From positions 1 through 24,434 of the forward strand of contig CAZTOS010000031.1 in the NCBI GenBank assembly GCA_964615185.1: 24,434 nucleotides of DNA, in the 5' to 3' direction. Source of the DNA: an uncultured Thermococci archaeon. GTDB taxonomy: Archaea; Methanobacteriota_B; Thermococci; Thermococcales; Thermococcaceae. Positions 1-9,165 of this stretch are shown in pieces (within the stretch, counting starts at the first letter, position 1; each line of letters starts with the position of its first letter). Both the position numbers and the translations under genes were made by a program. The notes below the pieces were generated by a model that saw nothing but the letters and a program-made list of their open reading frames with translations, was not told the origin of the DNA and ran no database searches.

Positions 1-854
1 TGGAAAAAGTTTTGTGGTTGCTTTACTTTGCAGGCTTTTTAAAGAGGATGGATATAAAGTAGCACCTTTCAAAACCTTAAACTTAACTCCAGTAACTTAT
101 GTCAAAAATGGAAAAGAATTTGGATATGCCCAAGCATTGCAAGCTATAGCTGCTGGACAAGAGCCAGACTATAGAATGAACCCGTATACTCTAAAGCCTT
201 TGGGCAATGGTAAGTTCGATATATTTTTAGAAGGTGAATGCATTAGAAGAAATTATGATCCAAGAAAAGAGTTTATAAAAGCAAGTCTAAAGTCAATGTT
301 AGGATTTAAAGAAGAATTTGAATACATAAAAGAGGCTGCAAGAAGGTCTTTAAAAAGCTTATCAGAAGAGTACGACATTATCTGTATCGAAGGCTCAGGA
401 CCAGCAAAACTCTTTGGTTTTGGGCCTTTTAGTGAATTGCTTGAGATAGCTAATATGGAAACTGCTAAAATTGCTGATGCTCCTGTTGTTTTCGTCACTG
501 ACAATTTAGATTCAGTTCCAGGAGCGCTATCTTATCTAGAAGAAAAGGAAAGAGAAAGAGTGAAAGGTGTGATACTAAACAAATTTAGAACCGATGAACT
601 TTTGGGCATGGGAATAGAAGAAAAATATATAAAACTTGGAATAAGTAGGATCAAATTAGTTTTACCAGAAAAGGATTGGAAAGGATATCTTAGGGGTTAT
701 TCCATATCTTCCAGAGTTGGCAGAACTTCCGGACTTAGATCCTCTTGTGCCCTCGCCAAAAGTCCCTTTTGATATTTGGGAAGAAGTAATAAAAGACGTT
801 TCAAAAAAAGTGAGAGAATACATTGATATGAGAAAAATTTACAAGATTATATAA
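1..854 (+). pseudogene. CobQ (cobyric acid synthase)-like P-loop protein, synthetase domain only; 5' end outside window; frameshifted near 660-663
   Basis: Frame from base 2 reads GKSFVVALLCR..KVAPFK..AQALQA..RMNP..IEGSG..GVILNKF. Removing one T from the T4 run at 660-663 continues VYQKRIGKDILGVIPYLPELAELPDLD..VREYIDMRKIYKII* (TAA 852-854), which is CobQ-like; the ORF-track tail is not. Confidence 0.75.
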
Positions 855-876
855 GGGCTGTTTCACAAATGGTTAA

Positions 877-1174
877 GATACTGTCGGGATAAGCAGTGAG
901 GCGTTAGGGTTAAGTTGCTGACAAAACATTCACTCGCAAAAATAATTTACCAGCCAAAACTCCTCGCGATGAGGAAACAAAGAAATTTTATTGCAGTTGA
1001 CGAGAGAATGACAAAAATCAACAGGGAGAAAAGATACCTTTGGGCAGCAATTGACGTGTTTTTCTGTTTGCTTTCTGGTATAATTTTGCCTGGCATCATT
1101 CTCGGTTAATGCTCCCCTGGTGGGGTAACTGAATGGCTCCAAGAGGTGATGCCAAAATTTGCCCTAACAGTATC
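877..1174 (+). mobile_element. Internally deleted IS6-family element (Thermococcales type) with both terminal inverted repeats
   Basis: Left end GATACTGTCGGGATAAG (877-893); right end reverse complement GATACTGTTAGGGCAAA (1158-1174); first 8 bp identical, 12/17 overall. Transposase fragments FIAVDE..KINREKRYLWAAIDV and, in other frames, FLFAFWYNF and EWLQEVMPK. Confidence 0.85.
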
Positions 1175-1183
1175 ATTCTTGGA

Positions 1184-1199
1184 AGGGAAAACTTTAAAT
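1184..1199 (+). promoter_or_regulatory. Candidate BRE-TATA promoter of trpS
   Basis: GGGAAAAC followed by TTTAAAT matches the Thermococcales BRE/TATA pattern; an alternative TATA-like TTTTTAAAT lies at 1213-1221. Confidence 0.55.
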
Positions 1200-1222
1200 T
1201 CTCCTCTTGCATTTTTTAAATC

Positions 1223-1252
1223 ATGCTCGGTGATTGTTTTTGGCTTAGCTAA
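1223..1252 (+). other. Candidate 9-codon upstream ORF MLGDCFWLS in the trpS leader
   Basis: ATG lies 24 nt after the TATA box (leaderless-start geometry); contains one TGG codon; ends 65 nt before the trpS ATG. Confidence 0.3.
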
Positions 1253-1317
1253 TGTTGAACTCAAAACTCTTTTACTTGGGTTAGTTTGTTTTATCAAAGC
1301 TTTTGGAGGTGCTTTTG

Positions 1318-2472
1318 ATGGCTGAATTCAAGGTTACGCCATGGGATGTCGAAGGAATGGTGGATTACGACAAGCTGATAAAGGAATTTGGAACACAACC
1401 GTTAACAGATGACCTTTTGGAAAAGACAGCCGTGCTGACAAAGAGTGAACTGCCGCTCTACTTCAGGAGAAGGTTCTTCTTCTCCCACAGAGATTATGAC
1501 TTAGTCCTTAAAGACTACGAAGAGGGAAGGGGCTTTTTCCTGTATACGGGAAGAGGTCCGAGCGGGCCGATGCATATTGGTCACATAATTCCTTTCTTCG
1601 CAACGAAATGGCTTCAGGAGAGATTTGGAGTCAATTTATATGTTCAAATCACGGATGATGAGAAGTTCCTATTTAAGCCAAATCTAAGCTTTGAAGACAC
1701 CAAGAAATGGTCTTATGATAATATTTTGGACATAATTGCAGTTGGCTTTGATCCAGATAAGACTTTCATATTCCAAGACAGCGAATTCACGAAGATTTAT
1801 GAAATGGCTATTCCAATAGCGAAAAAAGTGACATACTCAATGGCTAAGGCTGTTTTCGGCTTTACAGAACAGAGCAAGATTGGAATGATTTTTTACCCAG
1901 CAATTCAAGCTGCTCCAACGTTCTTTGAAAAGAGGAGATGCCTAATTCCAGCGGCGATAGATCAAGACCCGTACTGGAGAATTCAGCGCGACTTTGCTGA
2001 GAGCTTGGGGTATTACAAAACTGCCGCACTCCACAGCAAGTTCGTTCCTCCTTTGACTGGATTGGAAGGGAAGATGAGTGCTTCAAAGCCAGAAACAGCT
2101 GTTTATTTAACAGATGATCCAGAAGAGGCGGGCAAAAAGATCTGGAAGTTTGCTTTAACAGGCGGTCAGCCAACGCTGAAAGAGCAGAGAGAAAAAGGTG
2201 GAAATCCGGAGAAGTGTGTTGTCTTCAAGTGGCTCGAGATATTCTTTGAGCCAGATGATAAGGCTCTGCTTGAGAGATACCACGCATGTAAGAGCGGAGC
2301 TTTACTTTGTGGAGAATGCAAGCGCTATCTCATAAAGAAAGTTCAGGAATTCCTTAAAGAGCACCAAAAGAGAAGGGAGAAAGCTAAAGGTGAACTTGAG
2401 AAGTTTAAATACACTGGAAAACTTGCAAAAGAGCAGTGGGACAAAGCAATCCCAGAGCCTCTGAGGAAGTGA
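1318..2472 (+). CDS. trpS: Tryptophanyl-tRNA synthetase (archaeal type)
   Basis: YTGRGPSGPMHIGH (HIGH), AIDQDPY, KMSAS and CGECK motifs; SD GGAGGTG at 1305-1311 favours ATG 1318. Confidence 0.97.
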   Translation: MAEFKVTPWDVEGMVDYDKLIKEFGTQPLTDDLLEKTAVLTKSELPLYFRRRFFFSHRDYDLVLKDYEEGRGFFLYTGRGPSGPMHIGHIIPFFATKWLQERFGVNLYVQITDDEKFLFKPNLSFEDTKKWSYDNILDIIAVGFDPDKTFIFQDSEFTKIYEMAIPIAKKVTYSMAKAVFGFTEQSKIGMIFYPAIQAAPTFFEKRRCLIPAAIDQDPYWRIQRDFAESLGYYKTAALHSKFVPPLTGLEGKMSASKPETAVYLTDDPEEAGKKIWKFALTGGQPTLKEQREKGGNPEKCVVFKWLEIFFEPDDKALLERYHACKSGALLCGECKRYLIKKVQEFLKEHQKRREKAKGELEKFKYTGKLAKEQWDKAIPEPLRK

Positions 2473-2496
2473 TTTTTTCTTTTGTTTTATGTTTTT
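2473..2496 (+). terminator. Oligo-T terminator after trpS
   Basis: TTTTTTCTTTTGTTTTATGTTTTT immediately follows the stop codon. Confidence 0.6.
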
Positions 2497-2504
2497 AATA
2501 TAAC

Positions 2505-2599
2505 AGCATGAGAATTTTAAGTTCTCAGGGTTTATAAATAGTTGAGAAATATAAATTCGCAATCTTTATAAATATCTGAGAACTTAAAATTCTCATGCT
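2505..2599. repeat. Perfect 24-bp inverted repeat flanking two TTTATAAA boxes
   Basis: AGCATGAGAATTTTAAGTTCTCAG (2505-2528) is the exact reverse complement of 2576-2599; TTTATAAA at 2531-2538 and 2565-2572. Confidence 0.95.
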
Positions 2600-3751
2600 T
2601 GAAGAAATTGCTAAGTTTAATTCATGGTGGGAAAATAGAGAAGATTATCACATCAAGCTGTGGAGATCTCAGGGATACAGGTGGAGACCGAAGTGGATTG
2701 ATGAGCTTTCTTTGGAACCTTTTTCTCTCAATTTTGTCCTTGGGCCGAGACAAGTTGGGAAGACAACGGGGATAAAAATTTTGATTTCAGAGCTTATTAA
2801 AAAAGTTGAACCTGAGAGAATTCTTTACCTCAACTGTGAAATTTTCCCGACTTTATAACACTTAGAAAGCTCATTGAAGAGTTCCTCAAAGAGGAAAAAG
2901 AGCCTTTTGTATTCCTTGATGAGGTCACAAGTCTAAGAGAATGGTGGAAGGCCATCAAACCATTGATAGATGCTGGTGAGCTTGAAAATGCGGTTATTAC
3001 AGTCACTGGTTCAAGTGCTTTGAAGGTTAGACGAGATATGGAGCTGTTTCCGGGGCGGAGAGGGAAAGGGAAAACAGTTGAAGTCCTGCTCCTCAATTTC
3101 AAGGAATTTCTCAATGTCCATGGGATTAAAAAGTGGAGACTTCGTTATGATGAGGTGCTGAAGCTTTTTGACAGGTATCTTCAAGTTGGTGGCTTTCCTG
3201 GAAGCATAAATGGCATGCCAGTTGATGACATTTTGAGCTCATATGTTGGCGAATTTGTTCGCTTTGGCAAGAGCTTGGAAATAATGAAAGAAGTGTTTTC
3301 TTCTTTAATGCTCACCATTCCCTCTGCAACAAGCTTTCGTTCTTTAGCTGAAAAAACCTCAGGATACTCATACAAAGTCATACAAGATTATCTTGAATTT
3401 CTCAGAGATTTATATGTTCTTGAGTTTGCTTATCTCAAAGAAGGTTCCCGGGTTCTGTACAAAAGAGAAAAGAAAATATTCTTCAGAGACCCTCTTCTCC
3501 TAAGGCTGTTTTCTTTATGGAGTGGAACTAAGCCTGTAGAATCTGCGATTTATGAAAATATAGTTCAAGAACATCTATACCGGAAATTTGGTGAAATTTA
3601 CTATTACAGAGATAGGTATGAGATTGATGCCATTGCTGATGGGCTTAGGGTTGAAGTTAAGGCTGGGAAAGCTCACCGCAAGTATCCGCGAAATGTCATT
3701 GTGCTTGAGAAAGAAGACATTCCAAGGTTTCTAATCGAGCTGTTCTCTTAA
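2595..3751 (+). pseudogene. AAA_14/DUF4143-type ATP-binding protein, split by a -1 frameshift at ~2842-2848
   Basis: Frame 1 has NSWW and Walker A GPRQVGKTT. The -1 frame from 2849 reads DFITLRKLIEEFLKEEKEPFVFLDEVTSLREWWKAIK (Walker B) and joins TGSS..FPGR..GGFP..KKIFFRDP..EIDAI..VEVK. Confidence 0.85.
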
Positions 3752-3834
3752 GCAAAAACTTTTGTGAACTCCCTCTTTACCGAGGCATTGAACAGAGTTA
3801 TAAATGCTGAATCCTAATGTATCACGGTGGTCAC

Positions 3835-4500
3835 ATGATCCGCTTGCCCTTTAGAGATGGCTTTTATGAAGTCAATCCGAGCAAGATAATATGCCTCGGA
3901 AGGAATTATGCCGAACACGCAAAGGAGTTAGGTCATGAGGTTCCAAAAGAGCCTGTAATTTTCTTAAAACCTCCTTCCGCTTTGATAGGGCCGAATCAAA
4001 CTATAATCTTGCCACGAAAGAGCAGAGAAGTTCACCACGAAGTTGAGCTTGCCGTTATTATAGGGAAAAGAGGAAAAGACATCCCAAGAGAAAGAGCCAT
4101 GGATTATGTGCTGGGCTACACGGTTTTCATGGATATTACTGCGAGAGATCTGCAAAGCGAAGCGAAAAAGAAGGGTCTCCCTTGGACAGTTGCTAAAGGC
4201 TTTGACACCTTTGCACCTATTGGACCAAGGATTGTTCCAAAGGAAGAGCTTGATCCAAGCGACCTTGAGATAGGGCTGAGGGTTAACGGAGAAGTTAGGC
4301 AGCTCTCAAGGACAAGCAAGATGATTTTTAAGATTCCGGAGATAATCGAGTACATCTCAAGCATAATGACGCTTGAAAAGGGTGACATAATTGCAACGGG
4401 AACTCCAGAAGGAGTAGGCCCTCTAAGGAACGGCGACATTGTGAAGGCCTGGATTGAAGGGATTGGAGTTTTAAAAGAAAATGTGTTGGCGGAGAGCTGA
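3835..4500 (+). CDS. Fumarylacetoacetate hydrolase family protein
   Basis: KIICLGRNYAEH, FLKP, HHEVELAVIIG, DITARDLQ, KGFDTFAP, GDIIATGTP motifs; SD GGTGGT before ATG 3835; TTATAAAT at 3798-3805. Confidence 0.95.
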   Translation: MIRLPFRDGFYEVNPSKIICLGRNYAEHAKELGHEVPKEPVIFLKPPSALIGPNQTIILPRKSREVHHEVELAVIIGKRGKDIPRERAMDYVLGYTVFMDITARDLQSEAKKKGLPWTVAKGFDTFAPIGPRIVPKEELDPSDLEIGLRVNGEVRQLSRTSKMIFKIPEIIEYISSIMTLEKGDIIATGTPEGVGPLRNGDIVKAWIEGIGVLKENVLAES

Positions 4501-4788
4501 CCTCCTCCCCTTTGCGAGGGTTTCAGCGACTTGCCATTGACGGGGAGGTTTGCGGGCTCATAACCTACTCCCGTTGCCGGTTTCGGTTCAGCCCGCAGGC
4601 CGGGTCTTCGGCCAATTACCCCTACCGCAGAGCGGCTCGGGGTTATTGTTCAGATGCCGCCTTTCAAAGTTTTTACGGCCACGCCGGGTGGCGTGGAATG
4701 TGGACGCCTATCGGCGTCGCATATCCAAACGGATAGGCCATGATGAAACTCTTTGAAAGAGTTTGTCCTCGGTGGCCTCTTCGAGGCC
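4497..4788 (-). ncRNA. Stand-alone structured RNA (~290 nt), omegaRNA/reRNA-like
   Basis: GC-rich island with stems at 4774-4788, 4746-4764, 4722-4735, 4703-4718, 4679-4696, 4618-4643, 4598-4613 and 4551-4597; own BRE-TATA upstream; ends at an IS605 right end. 5' end approximate. Confidence 0.7.
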
Positions 4789-4804
4789 TTACTACGTTGC
4801 AGAG

Positions 4805-4819
4805 TTTAAAAGAGTTTCG
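4805..4819 (-). promoter_or_regulatory. BRE-TATA promoter of the structured RNA
   Basis: Minus strand CGAAACTCTTTTAAA about 17 nt upstream of the first hairpin. Confidence 0.6.
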
Positions 4820-4888
4820 GTGCTTAAAGGCTAATTAGGTAGTGGTTCGTACCCCGCCCTAAAGGGCGAGGCTTGAAAAAAGTCAATA

Positions 4889-5281
4889 CTATGCTGATTT
4901 CTTTTCCCTTAGCTTTACAGAAATCCACTGCATCTTATTTTCTTCATTTTTAACGACCAAAACGTAGCCTCCTTGTGAAATCTTGACATCGTTGAATTCA
5001 ACTGTTTTCACATGCTCCCAAGCTTTGTAATATTCGAAGTGCTCTCCCCGCTTCATTTTCTCAAAGTTTTCTTTGGTTAGAATGTAAACGCTTATCTTTC
5101 CGTTGGCTTTTATGTATCCATTCAGTATTGAGTCTCCAAGGAGGTGGTACACCTTATATTCATTGAGGTTTGTTTTCCATTCGTAATTGAAGTTTCTGTA
5201 GTGGGATATGACAAAATACCCCAGTGCTCCCAAGAGAAGCACCCCTGCAAATGCCACCAAAATGATTCCTTCTTTCTTCAT
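4889..5281 (-). CDS. Hypothetical protein with N-terminal membrane anchor and small beta-rich domain
   Basis: 130-aa ORF, hydrophobic N-terminus, SD GGTGA, upstream AAACTTTTAAG promoter-like motif. Confidence 0.8.
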   Translation of the reverse strand: MKKEGIILVAFAGVLLLGALGYFVISHYRNFNYEWKTNLNEYKVYHLLGDSILNGYIKANGKISVYILTKENFEKMKRGEHFEYYKAWEHVKTVEFNDVKISQGGYVLVVKNEENKMQWISVKLREKKSA

Positions 5282-5321
5282 ACTATCACCGAAAAGAGTA
5301 AAGAGAATCGGCTTAAAAGTT

Positions 5322-7527
<2,206 letters not shown>

Positions 7528-7550
7528 GTCACACACTATATTTACTACTA

Positions 7551-7572
7551 TCATAAAGTTTATAAATTTTAC
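7551..7572. promoter_or_regulatory. Candidate bidirectional promoter shared by tnpB and the right-end RNA
   Basis: Palindromic TTTATAAA at 7559-7566 with A-rich BRE-like flanks on both strands; 31 nt from the tnpB ATG, 28 nt from the first RNA hairpin. Confidence 0.6.
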
Positions 7573-7587
7573 ATTATAGTTAGTATT

Positions 7588-7708
7588 GATGATGCCTAAC
7601 GGCATGTCCGTTGGGAGGAGGGCTCTCTGACCGGGCCGTATGCGGTCTACCGCAACCGAAGTTCCCATGTTGGGAACCCCTGTCCTTCAGGACGGGGAGG
7701 AAGGTCAG
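7588..7708 (+). ncRNA. Compact omegaRNA-like scaffold (~120 nt); predicted guide continues from 7709
   Basis: Hairpins 7595-7615, 7641-7654, 7661-7677, 7678-7697; CTGACC (7627-7632) is complementary to terminal GGTCAG (7703-7708), as in the omegaRNA pseudoknot. 5' end approximate. Confidence 0.72.
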
Positions 7709-8775
7709 TCCAAAATTGCTATAACTCCCTTCCACTTCTTTCCAAAGCATTCACTCGCTATGACTTTCTTTCCAGTCAGCTTTTCCAAAAGCTTAATCCC
7801 ACCATCGCACTTCTTAAACCCTGTTGCTATACCCACAGTAAAGCCTTCAATTTCCTTAATCCCAACTCTCTTCACATTGCTTGGTTCAATCTTCTCTCTA
7901 AACTTCCAGAGTATTCTCCTCGGGTCTAGCAAAAGTTCTCGTTCAATCTCCTCAAGGATATCACTGTATGCCCACTGGAATTCTTCTTCTCTCTTTTCTT
8001 CCTTCCCAAAAAGAGTAAACTTTCCAGTCTGCCATTCTCTGAGGAAATAGCGGGCAGCTTCTTCGATGTCAACCTCCCCTCCCTTTCTAAGTAAACCTTT
8101 CTTTCTGCCAATTGCCTCTAAAATCTGCTCTTCACTTTCAAACTCTTGGATATCATATTTCTCAGTCAAAGCTTCTTTTCTGGTCTCAAGAATACGTTTA
8201 ATAAGCTTTAACGCTGGCTTTACTGGGTCTTCAATCTTGTCCGCTGGAAAGCCTCCCCTAATGACTAGCTCATCAAAATCGTCTATTGGAACGACTCCTG
8301 GCGAATCTATGAGCCAAATTTTCTTGCTTAGCCTTATAAGCTGTTTCCCTTTTGTGTATCCGGGAATTGGGGCAACACCAACAGCATGTTTACCCTTGAG
8401 AACATTAATTATCGTGCTCTTTCCGACATTTGGATAGCCAACTAACGCAACTTTAACTTTTTCTTTTCCTTCATCAAATAGCTCTTTTGCTATCTTTTTG
8501 ATTTCTTTCCTTAGCATCCCTGTTCCCTTTCTCTCTCTTGCACTGATAAAAACCATAGGAACATCGCTTTTTCTCTTATAATCCTCAGCCCACTCTTTAG
8601 GAACTAAATCTGCTTTGTTCATAGCTATGAGCAGTTTTTTCCCGCTTTCCCTCACTAATTTCTCAACCTTTAGATTTCTCGTTCCAATTGGATCTCTTGC
8701 ATCAACTACCTCAATTACAATATCAGCTTCGTCTATTACTTCTCTCACTACCCTCCATGCTTTTCTCTGTTTCAT
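7705..8775 (-). CDS. Circularly permuted GTPase, RbgA/YlqF family
   Basis: EVVDARDP, then NKADL (G4) preceding GYPNVGKS (G1), PGYT (G2) and DSPG (G3). Confidence 0.93.
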   Translation of the reverse strand: MKQRKAWRVVREVIDEADIVIEVVDARDPIGTRNLKVEKLVRESGKKLLIAMNKADLVPKEWAEDYKRKSDVPMVFISARERKGTGMLRKEIKKIAKELFDEGKEKVKVALVGYPNVGKSTIINVLKGKHAVGVAPIPGYTKGKQLIRLSKKIWLIDSPGVVPIDDFDELVIRGGFPADKIEDPVKPALKLIKRILETRKEALTEKYDIQEFESEEQILEAIGRKKGLLRKGGEVDIEEAARYFLREWQTGKFTLFGKEEKREEEFQWAYSDILEEIERELLLDPRRILWKFREKIEPSNVKRVGIKEIEGFTVGIATGFKKCDGGIKLLEKLTGKKVIASECFGKKWKGVIAILD

Positions 8776-9064
8776 CTCGCACCACCGTTATCTCAAATAT
8801 CACAGTCCCTCCATCGGTATAAGGCGGTCCGGGATCAAGGCATTGCACATAGGCTTTATCTCCTTTCCCTAGGCCAATTTCGCTTGGCTTAACTCCTTTT
8901 CTAAGTGCTACTATATAAGGTATTAGTGAGGCAAATGCATGAGTGCATATCGCATCTGTTTCCTCTAACTTTACTTGTGGCCCTTCAATAACTATTTTGT
9001 CCCCAACTTTGAATACTGGGCATTTTCCCCTAATTTTTATAGCTCTTATGACCAGTTTTTCCAT
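8723..9064 (-). CDS. TIGR04076-like small Cys-containing protein
   Basis: RGKCPVFKVGDKI, ICTHA, QCLDPGPPYTDGGTV; SD GGTGGTGG before ATG 9064. Confidence 0.75.
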   Translation of the reverse strand: MEKLVIRAIKIRGKCPVFKVGDKIVIEGPQVKLEETDAICTHAFASLIPYIVALRKGVKPSEIGLGKGDKAYVQCLDPGPPYTDGGTVIFEITVVRDETEKSMEGSERSNRRS

Positions 9065-9165
9065 ATCCACCACCGAAATGTAAATAAGATTTGAGATTAA
9101 AAATTACTTCGAAATATATGGGATATTAACTGTTAATGACGATAACTTTAATGGTGGTGCTTATT

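Larger units (their letters stand above)
4497..4881 (-). mobile_element. Non-autonomous IS200/IS605-family derivative (no tnpA/tnpB), inserted 3' of TGAC
   Basis: Minus strand reads TTGAC|TTTTTTCAAGCCTCGCCCTTTAGGGCGGGGT (left-end hairpin 4851-4874) through GAAACCCTCGCAAAGGGGAGGAGGTCAG (right end). Removing it restores an in-frame FAH C-terminus VLAERSILC*. Confidence 0.8.

Noticed and set aside
855..870. GGGCTGTTTCACAAAT as another IS terminus
   Set aside because: No partner inverted repeat or transposase remnant found.
915..1297. Short ORFs 915-1109, 930-1142 and 1106-1297 as real genes
   Set aside because: Chimeric readings of the deleted IS6 and the trpS leader.
4512..4756. ORFs 4512-4736 and 4550-4756
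   Set aside because: Arg/Gly/Pro-rich translations of a GC-rich hairpin array with no SD; better explained as structured RNA.
4497..4800. Identity as SRP RNA, RNase P RNA, tRNA, 5S rRNA or hammerhead ribozyme
   Set aside because: No diagnostic motifs recognised; ATGATGA at 4740-4746 has no matching D box or hammerhead core; IS605 ends and the empty-site reconstruction explain the region.
7528..7668. 47-aa N-terminal extension of TnpB in the ORF track
   Set aside because: Crosses the TATA box and the antisense of the RNA scaffold; MKLTQTFKL is a typical TnpB start.
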